A DNA stretch of 64,000 bases from Acidimicrobiales bacterium (GTDB lineage Bacteria; Actinomycetota; Acidimicrobiia; Acidimicrobiales; SZUA-35): NCBI GenBank assembly GCA_047638695.1, contig JBLINY010000014.1, positions 1,488 to 65,487 of the forward strand. The letters run 5' to 3'. Shown in pieces: positions 16,477 to 26,090 of this stretch. Within the stretch, counting starts at the first letter, position 1, and each line of letters begins with the position of its first letter. The notes beneath the pieces are model-generated. The model saw nothing but the letters and a program-made list of their open reading frames with translations, did not search any database and was not told the origin of the DNA. Position numbers and translations under genes: made by a program.

Positions 16477-17839
16477 TAGGCCTGCCCCTCGACGGTCGTC
16501 ACCGCGGGGAGTGCGGTGAGCGCTACCTGGTCGAAGGAAATCTGCGAGACGCTCGAGATCAGTCCGACCATGCCGCCGGACTCGGTCATTTCGAAGTTGC
16601 CTACAACCGTGCCGTCGAGCGATACCGCTACGACGTTGCCGTGCACTTCAACACTGAGTGAGATGGTCTGGCCGGCAGATGGTGCGGTGACAGCCACAGA
16701 TCCGAGTTGCTGGTAATAGCCGAGATTGTTGTACTCGCCCCATCGAAGCCGCTCGAGTACACACCGGTTTGATCGGTCACGGTTATGAGGTTGCCAACGG
16801 CTCCCCGCTCCGGACGATCGACGTCTTCGCCTGCGACACACTCTGGGCCTGCGCCCATTCCGGCATCGGCGAAGTTGTAGGTGCTGTCGTCCGTGGCTTC
16901 CGGCGTCGGTTCGGGGTCAGGTGCGGGAGGGATAGGAGTAAACGTCAACGAGATCTCGTCATAGTTCTCCGCGTAGAAGACGCTGGCTTCAATAGCGGCG
17001 TCGGTTCGCGGCGGGCTCTCCGACTCCGGACCATCAACATCATCCAGACCAGGAATTGGGACGGCAAGCGAGCACGAGGCGCCGTCATTCGATGAAGTCG
17101 CGGGGGCCCGGCCGACCAACGATGCTTGCGGTGTCGACGTGGTGTATCCGGTGATCTGGTAAATCTCGCCCGAGTTGCGCCCGACGTAGAGGTTGCCGCC
17201 CGCTGTTGACCACGCCGCACCATAGGACTCCAGGGTCTCGGGCAAACCCGAAATGAGGCCCAGCTCGTGAGTCTCCAAGGTTGTCTGGTCATAGGAATAG
17301 AACGAACCGTCGCTGCTGACGCCATAGAACACACCATGCACGTTGGTGATGTCGGCGACAGCCGTGTACCCGCTGAACTCCGGGACCGGGATAACTTCCA
17401 GCGTGTCGACGTCGACGGTGTACCAGTCTCGACCGCCCCCAGAAATGTTGAGCAGGCCATCATCGGCGAAGTCGCCGGCGTAGGAGCCCCCAGGCATATC
17501 GAGGGTGCCTAGGGAGGTGCGGGTACCGGTGTTATCGATCCGATAAAGGGTTGTGTCGCTGATGCCGTACAGATACCCATCGGCGATCCGATAGCCCATG
17601 GCGTTGTAGTTGGAATGGTCTGGGCCGATTGGGGCGTAGGTCTCGGCGGCTGGGTCGAGCTCGGCTAGCTGGCCGCTGATGACCTGGTAAAAGCCGGGAT
17701 CGCACGGGAATGTGGTATCGGCGGCGCTCGCTGGCACGCCAGCGCCCAGCGTGGAAGCGAGAAGGGCGACGGGAATTGCGGCTGCGGCGAATACTCGATG
17801 CGTGGATCGTCCGGTCTGGGTGGGCTTGCGGTTTCGCAT
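16476..17839 (-). pseudogene. Secreted protein (DUF6923-like beta-propeller-type N-domain plus LamG/concanavalin-like C-domain), frameshifted near 16738-16741
   Basis: Signal peptide MRNRKPTQTGRSTHRVFAAAAIPVALLASTLGAGVPASA. The N-domain reads CDPGFYQVISGQLAELD...YNAMGYRIADGYLYGI...LYRIDNTG. Track ORFs 16628..17866 and 16476..16841 overlap in different frames. The C-domain ...GGMVGLISSVSQISFDQVAL continues in the second frame. Joining them at the C4 run (G4 on the coding strand) restores one protein. Confidence 0.55.
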
Positions 17840-17961
17840 ACCCAGTTCATCGAACAGGACGCGCAAATACTCGAGTCAAGACTCCCTCAAGAAGTCAGAA
17901 ACTCTCTTTGGTGACAGGCGTTCTCGTCTTGGTCGTTAGGCGTCTCGAAGGCAGCAGTACG

Positions 17962-19095
17962 ATGTTTGCTGTGTCGCATAGCGCTGATTTGGGGGTCTTT
18001 CGAGCCGATGTGGCGAGTTTTCTCGGCCAAGAACGAGCGGCCGGACGCGCTTGCGAGGACTTTGGAGCCATCCTTCCGCCCCATCAACATGATGCTGCAT
18101 TGCGCTGGCAACGACGCCTGGCCGAGACGGGCTTCGCTGGATTGCATTGGCCGCTCGAGTACGGGGGCGGCGGACTATCGCAAGCCCACAGCATCATCTG
18201 GTACGAGGAATGTGCCCGAGCTCAAGTTGCCCCCTACCTCAACCTCCAGGGCATCGTGCTCGCCGGTGAGGCCATCCTGCGGTCCGGCACCAGTGCACAG
18301 AAGCAGCGATTCCTGGCGCCCACCCTCAATGGCGACATCCTGTGGTGTCAGCTCTTCGGCGAACCGGAGGCCGGCTCTGACTTGGCCAGCCTACAAACCA
18401 AGGCCCAGATTGACGGCGAGCGCTACATTCTCAACGGTCAAAAGGTGTGGTCGTCCAACGGCCAGTTTGCCCAGTTCGGAATCCTCATGGCCAGAACCGA
18501 TCCGGATGCCCCGAGACACAAGGGCATCTCGTTCTTTCTTCTCGACATGGAATTGCCAGGAGTGGATGTTCGGCCCCTCAAACAAATGACCGGCGATGAA
18601 GAGTTCTGCGAGGTCTTCTTCGACGATGTTGAGATGCCGGCCGATGCCTTGCTCGGCGCACCACACGATGGGTGGCGGGTCGCCATGGACGTGCTCGGGG
18701 ATGAGCGAGGATCGTTTGGTGCCGCCGGTGTCATTAGTCTTGACCAGCGGCTGGCTGGGATCGCCGGGATGGCCGCCGGGGCCGACACGTTGGCCAAGGA
18801 TCAGTTGGCATCGTTGCTCGGGCGTGGTCATGCGCTGAAAACTCTGTTGCTGCGATCGTCGGACAATCCAACGATGGCCCCCGCAGTCAAAGTGGTGCGG
18901 TCGGAGCTCGATGTCGATGTGAACAGTCTCTCAGCGGGCCTGCGAGGAGCCAGCGCCATGTTGGCCGGTGCCGAGACAGACACCTTCCTGTACGCGCCTG
19001 GCATGCGCGTTGCCGGCGGCACCAGTGAGATTCAGCGCAACATTATTGGCGAGCGGATCCTCGGGCTACCGCGAGAACCAAACCCCACTTCCTGA
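17962..19095 (+). CDS. Acyl-CoA dehydrogenase
   Basis: ATG at 17962 (MFAVSHSADLG...). Motifs WCQLFGEPEAGSDLASL, ILNGQKVWSSNG, and a C-terminal GGTSEIQRNIIGERILGLP. Confidence 0.85.
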   Translation: MFAVSHSADLGVFRADVASFLGQERAAGRACEDFGAILPPHQHDAALRWQRRLAETGFAGLHWPLEYGGGGLSQAHSIIWYEECARAQVAPYLNLQGIVLAGEAILRSGTSAQKQRFLAPTLNGDILWCQLFGEPEAGSDLASLQTKAQIDGERYILNGQKVWSSNGQFAQFGILMARTDPDAPRHKGISFFLLDMELPGVDVRPLKQMTGDEEFCEVFFDDVEMPADALLGAPHDGWRVAMDVLGDERGSFGAAGVISLDQRLAGIAGMAAGADTLAKDQLASLLGRGHALKTLLLRSSDNPTMAPAVKVVRSELDVDVNSLSAGLRGASAMLAGAETDTFLYAPGMRVAGGTSEIQRNIIGERILGLPREPNPTS

Positions 19096-19115
19096 ACTCC
19101 GGTCGATACGGCCGA

Positions 19116-21392
19116 TCAGGTCTGTAACGAGCGCCAGATCTTCTCGGGGGTGAGCGGTAGGTCGATGTGTTGAATACCCCGACCAGCGAGCGCGTCGAGT
19201 ACAGCGTTGTGAGCTGACCCAGTGGCGGCGTTGCATCCGTTCTCACCAATGCCTCGCGTCCCCAAGGGGTTGCGATCGGTTGGAGTTCCGAGAGTCTCGG
19301 TCTGGAAGTCGCAGAACTCTGCCGCTGCCGGCAGGAGATAGGTGGCGAAGGTGGCCGCCAACGGGTTGCCGAGGCCGTCGAAACCTATGTCTTCGTAGAG
19401 GGTCTGACCCAGACCGGCGGCCACGCCACCGTGCTGCTGGCCCTCGACCAGGGCGGGCTGTAGAACTTCGCCACAGTCGTCCACCGCAGCATGAGCGAGA
19501 AGCCGCACGGCTCCTGTTTCGGTGTCGACCTCGACAACGGTTGCATGGGTGCCGTAGGGGTGTGCGGCACCAGCCACCGATTCCGAGCGCGTTGCCTCAA
19601 GGCAATTGCCGGGTGCAGTCGAGGCAAGCTCTGACCACTCGACCCGACGAGTGGGGACACCGGCGACCGCCAGTCCAGCAGCTAGCCCGTGGCTGGCGGC
19701 CGCCACAACGAGATCCTGAGGTGCCGCCTCGAGTCGTGCAGCCGCCAGCGGCCGAGCTGCCTCGATGATGTCTGTGCATGTATTCACCAGCACACTCGCC
19801 GCCACCTGAGTCGATCGTGAGCCGCCGGTTGCCTGCCCCGTTGAGATGATGTCGGTGTCGGCATCGATCATCTCGATCATCTCGGGGTCGATGCCGAGCT
19901 TTTCTGAAACGAGTGCCGACCACGTGGTCAAGTGCCCCTGTCCGTGAGAAGGACTGGCGCACCCAATCAAGATCGAACCGTCGGGACGCACCCGAATGAG
20001 CGCCGAGTCCACAGGCGCACCGCGGGCCGATGTCTGGGCGTAGTTGGCGATGCCAATCCCGATCTGGCGATGGTTACCTTCGGCTCGCCCCTTTTGCTGC
20101 TCGGCTCGCCATCGCCCAGCATCGATAAGATCACGGGCGCGGTGCATTGCCAGAAGTGGGTCGGCTTCGTCGTACACGACCGACTCGTGTCCTGGGCCGG
20201 GGGCCGAGGTGAGGGGAAACTCTTCGGCCGTTGCCAGGTTCCGTTCGCGGAGTTCGATCGGGTCGAGGCCTAATCCGGCGGCGGCCATGTCGAGCACCCG
20301 CTCCCGAGCATGGTTCGCTTCCGGCTGTCCGGCGCCTCGGTAGGCGCCGACGGGCGTCGTATTGGTGAGGACAGCCGTGGCCCGGCATCGATAGCGAGGC
20401 ACTCGATACATGCCGGGGACCTGTCGCCGGGCCGAGATCATCAGGAGCGCCGAAAGATGAGCACTCGCACCGGCGTCAGCGGTGATATCGCAGTCGATGC
20501 CGGTGATACATCCGTCGGCGTCGAAGCCCATTCGGATGCTTGTGTGATAGCCGCGACCTTGAGCCATACCGGTGAGATTCTCATACCGGTTTTGGATCCA
20601 GCGCACCGGGCGTTGATGATCGAGAGCTAGGCGACAGACCACGACGAACTCGGGAGAGATTGATGCTCGACCGCCGAAGCCGCCGCCCACCGAGGGTGAC
20701 CGCACACGCAAGCGTTCAGGAGCCATCCCTAGATTGTCTGCCAGCTGATTGCGAATATTCTGGACGCCCTGACTGGTGCACCAAATGTCGAGACCATCAC
20801 CGTCGGGGTAGGCGATGATGCCATCACATTCGATGGGAGCTGAGGCCAAGCGGTTGTTCACGATGGTGGTCTCGAAGACGTGGACTGCCTCGGGTCCGAT
20901 CGGATCGTTCCCCGAGTCATCAAGCTCGTACACGACGTTGCCGGAGCTGCCCGGATAGAGGGCGGGCGCCGCTGCCGATTTGGTCGGGTCGACGACAGGG
21001 TCGAACATCTCAATCTCGAGGTCGACCAGATCTGCGGCGTCAGTCGCCGTCGTCAGGTCGTCGGCAAGTATGACGGCCACGCCTTCGCCCACGAATCGAA
21101 CATTGGCGGTCGCCAACGGGCTACTACACATCGTTGTGGGCAGATCTGGGAAGAGACAGAACGGAGCCAGCCCGATGGTGTCGCCGGTCTCGACTGCGAC
21201 AACACCCGGTTGGGCCGCAGCCTCGCTCGTTTCAATGGAGACGATACGACCGGATGCGATCGGTGATCGAACAAAAACCGCCTGCAGCGCCCCCTGGGCG
21301 ACGAGATCAGCAGTGAATCGCCGTGTCCCCTGCAGCAGCGCGGGGTCCTCAGCCTGTCGTGGGCCACCCGAAGCCGTCGTTGCGCCTGGCAT
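19116..21392 (-). CDS. Xanthine dehydrogenase / CoxL-family molybdopterin-binding subunit (AYRGAG type)
   Basis: About 758 aa from ATG 21392. The track start at 21425 would overlap the upstream gene by 29 nt. The N-terminus reads EDPALLQGTRRFTADL...FVRSPIASGRIVSIE, and the active-site loop reads VGAYRGAGQPE. Confidence 0.85.
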   Translation of the reverse strand: MPGATTASGGPRQAEDPALLQGTRRFTADLVAQGALQAVFVRSPIASGRIVSIETSEAAAQPGVVAVETGDTIGLAPFCLFPDLPTTMCSSPLATANVRFVGEGVAVILADDLTTATDAADLVDLEIEMFDPVVDPTKSAAAPALYPGSSGNVVYELDDSGNDPIGPEAVHVFETTIVNNRLASAPIECDGIIAYPDGDGLDIWCTSQGVQNIRNQLADNLGMAPERLRVRSPSVGGGFGGRASISPEFVVVCRLALDHQRPVRWIQNRYENLTGMAQGRGYHTSIRMGFDADGCITGIDCDITADAGASAHLSALLMISARRQVPGMYRVPRYRCRATAVLTNTTPVGAYRGAGQPEANHARERVLDMAAAGLGLDPIELRERNLATAEEFPLTSAPGPGHESVVYDEADPLLAMHRARDLIDAGRWRAEQQKGRAEGNHRQIGIGIANYAQTSARGAPVDSALIRVRPDGSILIGCASPSHGQGHLTTWSALVSEKLGIDPEMIEMIDADTDIISTGQATGGSRSTQVAASVLVNTCTDIIEAARPLAAARLEAAPQDLVVAAASHGLAAGLAVAGVPTRRVEWSELASTAPGNCLEATRSESVAGAAHPYGTHATVVEVDTETGAVRLLAHAAVDDCGEVLQPALVEGQQHGGVAAGLGQTLYEDIGFDGLGNPLAATFATYLLPAAAEFCDFQTETLGTPTDRNPLGTRGIGENGCNAATGSAHNAVLDALAGRGIQHIDLPLTPEKIWRSLQT

Positions 21393-21396
21393 CTCG

Positions 21397-21696
21397 CTAG
21401 AGCTCGTCGGGGTCGATGAGATCACCGGCGGCAGCGAGGGCGCTGGCCAGGGTCACCGAGCGCTGATAGACGGCCTCGAAATAGTGCTCGGCGATTTGTT
21501 CGTGCCCATTGAGGGGTGGCCGACCGAGAGAACGAATAACGGCAGCGGGGTCTTTGGTGATCCGGACCGTGTCCTTGGGCTCGGGCAATTTCTCGACCTC
21601 ACCCCAGAACTGACCGGTCTTGGCCCCGCCGCCCTTGTTTTTGCGGCGTCGTTTGGAGCGCTTCTGGGACTGCTTCTGGTTGTTGCCTTCGCTCAT
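21397..21696 (-). CDS. Small hypothetical protein with a Lys/Arg-rich N-terminus
   Basis: 99 aa, MSEGNNQKQSQKRSKRRRKNKGGGAKTG... The ATGA overlaps the SNF2 helicase stop. It ends 4 nt before the Mo-subunit start. Third-position GC is good. Confidence 0.6.
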   Translation of the reverse strand: MSEGNNQKQSQKRSKRRRKNKGGGAKTGQFWGEVEKLPEPKDTVRITKDPAAVIRSLGRPPLNGHEQIAEHYFEAVYQRSVTLASALAAAGDLIDPDEL

Positions 21697-24600
21697 GCTT
21701 GCAGCTCCAGTGCTTCGTCATCGGCCAGCAAAAGCGCGCCGGGGTCGATACCGAGTGCTTCCTTCAGCTGATCGGCATCGAGGTCGGCGATCGAACTCGA
21801 CTTCGGAAGCACCAGGTCGGCGATCTGGCGCTTGCCAGCGACGACCTCTTCGACTCGCTCGTCAACGGTTCCCGGGCACACGAGGCGATGGCAAATAACC
21901 GTGCTTGTCTGACCAATTCGCCACACGCGATCGCGGGCTTGGTCTTCGACCGCGGGGTTCCACCATCGGTCATAAAGCACAACGTGGCTGGCGGCCGTGA
22001 GATTCAGCCCGGTGCCGCCGGCTTTCAGCGAAAGCACCATGGCGCCAGCGCCCTCCTTGGCCTGGAATTCGCTGACCAGCCGATCGCGAGCGCCACGGGC
22101 CAAACCGCCGTGATAGCACGCGATATCAACCCCGGTTCGTTCGCTCAGGTACGTGGCCAGCTTGACTCCCCACGTAGCGAAGTGAGTGAAGATGAGCATG
22201 CGCTCATTGGCTTCGAATACGTTGTCGACGATCTCGTCCAAACGGGCCAGCTTGCCTGACCGGCCGTCGAGTGGAAGATCGTCGCTCTGGTAGGCGGCAG
22301 GATGGTTGCAGATCTGCTTGAGCGCTGTGATGGCCGCGAGCACCGCACCCTTCTTCTTCGGGCCCTCGCTCGTGGTGTCCAAGACGAGAGTGTCGAGAAC
22401 GGCCTGGTAGAGACCAATTTGCTCGGGAGTCATGCTGCAGAGATCGAGCTCATCAATGCGGTCGGGTAGCTCCGCAGCGATCGCAGGCTCGGCCTTTGTG
22501 CGTCGGAATACGAGTATGCCGTTGAGGGCTCGGAGCGCCCCTTCGGCCCCGTCTTTGCCAGTGCCGCTAGGCGACAACTGACGAATGAAGTCGGTTCGAG
22601 TGCCGACCAAACCGGGGTTGGTGAAGTCAATGATGGCCCAAAGATCTCCGAGACCATTCTCGATCGGGGTACCGGTGAGCGCAACGCGGCTTTTGGCCGG
22701 AATCCGTCGAAGCTGCTGAGCGGTGTCGCTGGCTGGATTCTTGATGGCTTGGGCCTCATCAAGAATGACCTTGCCCCATTCGATCTCGGAGAAGGCATCG
22801 GCATCGCGGACGGCGGTGCCGTAGGTGGTGATGACGATGTCGTTGTCGTCGACGAGTCGTTTGAGTCTGTCGCCCGTCGCTCGGTTCGAACCGTGGTGCA
22901 CGGTGACACGCAGATCGGGAACGAACTTGCGGGCTTCGTTGGCCCAGTTTCCAACGACGGCTGGCGGGGCGATAACGAGGGCGGTTCCAGAGTCGGAGGA
23001 TGCTCGTAAATGCGCCAGCATGGTTGGTGTCTTACCAAGGCCCATGTCGAGCGCGAGGCAGCCACCCAGGCCCGCATTGTCGAGGAAGCTGAGCCAGGCG
23101 CGAGCTTCGGCCTGGTAACTGCGCAACTCGCCGACGAAACCCTCTGACGTTGTTGGCAGATCATCGGGGATCTCGGCCGCGCTGCGAAGCAGTTCGGCTG
23201 CCCATCCTTCACCGGCCAGGCTGACGCCGCCAGAGAATGGCGAGCCCTCGAGACCGAGAGCGTGGCGCAACATGTCGGCGCCGGACAGACGTACATTGTC
23301 TGCCCGCTCCGCGAGCGCTGCCGCAGCTTCCACTAGGTCGGCTTTGTCGAGTTCGACCCACTGGCCGCGCGACTGCACCATCGGGCGAGCCTGACTGGCT
23401 AGTTCGCTGATCTCCGCTGCTGTTAGTTCTATGTCGTCGAAGAGAACCGACCAACGGACGTTGGCCAACTGTTGGGCGCCGACGACGGATTCGGTGGCTT
23501 CCTCGGAGGTGAGCCGCAGTGACGCCGTTGGTTTGCGGCGTGACAGGGCGGGTGCCCTCACCACAAAGCCTGCGGCTGTGAGGGTGTCACCGATGGCCGT
23601 CATCAGCTGCCAAGCCTCGTCCTGGCTCAGAATGACCTCACCTCTGCGCCGACCTCCAGGCCGCATCAGCACAGGGTAGAGAAGCTCGAGTCTGGTGAGC
23701 TGATCCTTGACCTCTTTGCGTTTCGTGTTCGATGAGTTCACCAACGCCGTCTCGACCGGCTCGAGCGCGTTGTTGTTGCCTGGTGCCAACACCTTCAGGT
23801 GCCAGGCGCCGGCATCATCAGGTGCGCCCAGTTCGAGAACCAGCTTGAACTTCGCAGCGCCGGCAACGGGACGGGTCCACTGGTCGATGCGGCGGGCCAG
23901 CTCGGCTCCAGCTCGGGCTGGAGCCTCGAAAGAGTCGCCGCTCACCCTCGATAGGAACGCCTCGGCGATTTCGGACCGAGACGTTGGGTTTGGTGGTGTC
24001 GCTGGGACTTCGAGTCGTTCGACTGCCGTCGTCACGATCTGGTTTACGATGTCGGCCAGAACGGACTGGCTGAATGCGCGAGCGTCTTGGCGATCGCGGA
24101 ACGCCGTGACCGTGGTGGGCAAACCGTTCGAGAGGGCAACGATGTCGTCGGGCTCGACCAACGCCGGAATCCACTTCACGTCGAACATGCCCCGGTCGTT
24201 CTTTTGCTCAGTCTTGTTCGAATCGTCGCGATGGAGCTTGCGTAGCTTCGGAATGATGCGACCCTGGGCAACGAGCTGGACGGCCAGGCTCGACGCAAGG
24301 CCGACCCAGGTGACGCTGGCGCCGAGGCCTTCGTTGCCTGCGGTGTTGCCAAGCGAGGCCAGCCATCCGAGCACTCGATCGAGCGGAATCGACACCGACT
24401 CAGCCTTCAGGCCGTTTGGAAGGCGGACCGACTGGAACTGCTCCCATCCCTCGGTGAAGATTCCGGCCTGCTTGAGGCGGCTAAGAATGTCCTCGATGCC
24501 CTCCGGTTCAGCGTTTTCTGCCCCGGCCCAGGCGATGATGCGACCTGGCGACCACGACAGTTGCAGCTGTGCCTCACCATCGAGCACGGCGGGGACGCTC

Positions 24601-24866
24601 GACGTTGGCTCGGGTGTATCGGCTGAGATCTGTTCTGTCGGTGGACCGACGAGCTCGGTGAGGACCTCGTCGATACGGCGAAGCTCGGTCTCGAAGTCGG
24701 CGAGAACCATGGCCTTTTCGGCTCCGTGGACTCGACCGCGAACCTCCTCGAGCGCTTCGTCAGCGTCGTCGAGAAGACGCAGCAGGGTTCGGGTCCATGC
24801 CTGTGGATTGTCTCGCAACACAGCAACGTCTTCGTCGCTGTTGAATCCGTCGAGATGTCGCTGCAC
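21693..24866 (-). CDS. SNF2-family helicase (HelZ/RapA-like) with an SNF2-associated N-terminal region
   Basis: 1057 aa. Motifs LALDMGLGKT (I), ILDEAQAIKN (II) and LTGTPIEN, plus helicase-C motifs LSLKAGGTGLNLT and QARDRVWRIGQ. The GTG start is the first start codon after an in-frame upstream TGA. Confidence 0.9.
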   Translation of the reverse strand: MQRHLDGFNSDEDVAVLRDNPQAWTRTLLRLLDDADEALEEVRGRVHGAEKAMVLADFETELRRIDEVLTELVGPPTEQISADTPEPTSSVPAVLDGEAQLQLSWSPGRIIAWAGAENAEPEGIEDILSRLKQAGIFTEGWEQFQSVRLPNGLKAESVSIPLDRVLGWLASLGNTAGNEGLGASVTWVGLASSLAVQLVAQGRIIPKLRKLHRDDSNKTEQKNDRGMFDVKWIPALVEPDDIVALSNGLPTTVTAFRDRQDARAFSQSVLADIVNQIVTTAVERLEVPATPPNPTSRSEIAEAFLSRVSGDSFEAPARAGAELARRIDQWTRPVAGAAKFKLVLELGAPDDAGAWHLKVLAPGNNNALEPVETALVNSSNTKRKEVKDQLTRLELLYPVLMRPGGRRRGEVILSQDEAWQLMTAIGDTLTAAGFVVRAPALSRRKPTASLRLTSEEATESVVGAQQLANVRWSVLFDDIELTAAEISELASQARPMVQSRGQWVELDKADLVEAAAALAERADNVRLSGADMLRHALGLEGSPFSGGVSLAGEGWAAELLRSAAEIPDDLPTTSEGFVGELRSYQAEARAWLSFLDNAGLGGCLALDMGLGKTPTMLAHLRASSDSGTALVIAPPAVVGNWANEARKFVPDLRVTVHHGSNRATGDRLKRLVDDNDIVITTYGTAVRDADAFSEIEWGKVILDEAQAIKNPASDTAQQLRRIPAKSRVALTGTPIENGLGDLWAIIDFTNPGLVGTRTDFIRQLSPSGTGKDGAEGALRALNGILVFRRTKAEPAIAAELPDRIDELDLCSMTPEQIGLYQAVLDTLVLDTTSEGPKKKGAVLAAITALKQICNHPAAYQSDDLPLDGRSGKLARLDEIVDNVFEANERMLIFTHFATWGVKLATYLSERTGVDIACYHGGLARGARDRLVSEFQAKEGAGAMVLSLKAGGTGLNLTAASHVVLYDRWWNPAVEDQARDRVWRIGQTSTVICHRLVCPGTVDERVEEVVAGKRQIADLVLPKSSSIADLDADQLKEALGIDPGALLLADDEALELQA

Positions 24867-25274
24867 GACGTGCTCGAAACCGGGAGGTGGCGCTTCGGCG
24901 TTAGCCGATTGGTCGGCTCCGGTAAGCGCGTCGGCTTGGTGGATGCCGATCGGGGGAGATGGAACGAGGGTGGTGATGGAATTCTCCGTTCACGAGGTGC
25001 AGCGGTTCGGGGGCAGGTGCCCACGGTGCTCCACCGGCGGCGCCCTCATGGCGCCGAGCTAGTGCTGATCTGACATCGAGCGGTGAGCCGGTGCCAGCAG
25101 TGCTGGCCGGCCTCTCGGCCGACTGGCGGGCTGGCATGACCCTCTCGATGTCGCTCTGGGAGTTGACTCGCTGAGCTCCCCAAAGCTGTTGCAACCATAG
25201 CTTCTATCGGCCATTTTGCGACGTTCTGGAGTGTCTCGTTGATTCTTTCGGCCTAGCTGCCGATGGGGTGAGCG

Positions 25275-26066
25275 ATGGAACTGCATCCGATTCGCTTCGA
25301 CTACCCCGGCGACTTCGACGTCATGTGGCAGCGGCGCCTGCCCGAGTTCTCGTGTGCAGCCAACGGCGTGTCGCTTCTCATGCCCTATGTCGAACCCTAT
25401 GTCGCCCGATCCGTGCGGTCGGCGGTGGACCAATTGGCCGAGCCATTGCGATCAGAAGCCCAGATCTATGTTCGTCAGGAAGGCCAACATCACGCCCAAC
25501 ACCGTCGTTTCAACGATCTCGTCGTCGAGCGTTTCTCGGGGCTGGCTTGGCTCGAACGATGTATGGCCTCGACATACAGTTGGCTCGAACGCAGAGGGAG
25601 TCTGCACTTCGGTCTGGCCTTCGCTGCCGGTTTCGAAACCGTTGCCTACGCAGCGGCGCGCTGGGTAGCTGACAACGAGACGGAGATGTTGGCGGGAGCT
25701 GACGAGACCGGCTCACAGCTTTTCCTATGGCATCTGGCCGAGGAGGTCGAGCACAAGTCGGTCGCCATCGACGTTTACCGCTCGTTGGGAGGCAACAAGC
25801 GGACCTACGTCGCCGCGATGGTCCTGTCAGCCGTGTTGCTGGCCGTGTTCGCCTGGCTGAACACCACCACGATGTTGGTTGCAACCAAGCGGATTTTCAA
25901 CCCTCTTGCCCATCTGCGGCTGTTGAAGTGGACCATCTCGTTTCTGTTCGAGCTGCTGCCGACGATGGTCATGTCGGTGTTCCCAAGTCACCATCCATCG
26001 CACCTGGCCGACCCACTGATGTACGACATCTGGATTCGAGAACACCGGCCGACCGACACGAAGTGA
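25275..26066 (+). CDS. Predicted metal-dependent hydrolase-like protein (PF10118-like; ExxH motifs)
   Basis: 263 aa. QEGQHHAQH and HLAEEVEHKS motifs, and a hydrophobic C-terminal third. The family call is from memory only. Confidence 0.6.
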   Translation: MELHPIRFDYPGDFDVMWQRRLPEFSCAANGVSLLMPYVEPYVARSVRSAVDQLAEPLRSEAQIYVRQEGQHHAQHRRFNDLVVERFSGLAWLERCMASTYSWLERRGSLHFGLAFAAGFETVAYAAARWVADNETEMLAGADETGSQLFLWHLAEEVEHKSVAIDVYRSLGGNKRTYVAAMVLSAVLLAVFAWLNTTTMLVATKRIFNPLAHLRLLKWTISFLFELLPTMVMSVFPSHHPSHLADPLMYDIWIREHRPTDTK

Positions 26067-26090
26067 GTCACCGACGGGCCGATTGTTAGG

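Noticed and set aside
16738-16741. Programmed -1 ribosomal frameshift in the secreted-protein gene
   Set aside because: There is no X-XXY-YYZ slippery heptamer and no obvious downstream pseudoknot. A simple homopolymer indel is the more economical explanation.
23707-25062. 451-aa plus-strand ORF
   Set aside because: It lies entirely antisense to the well-supported SNF2 helicase. Its composition is Ser/Arg/Ala-rich with no motifs. It is a typical high-GC shadow ORF.
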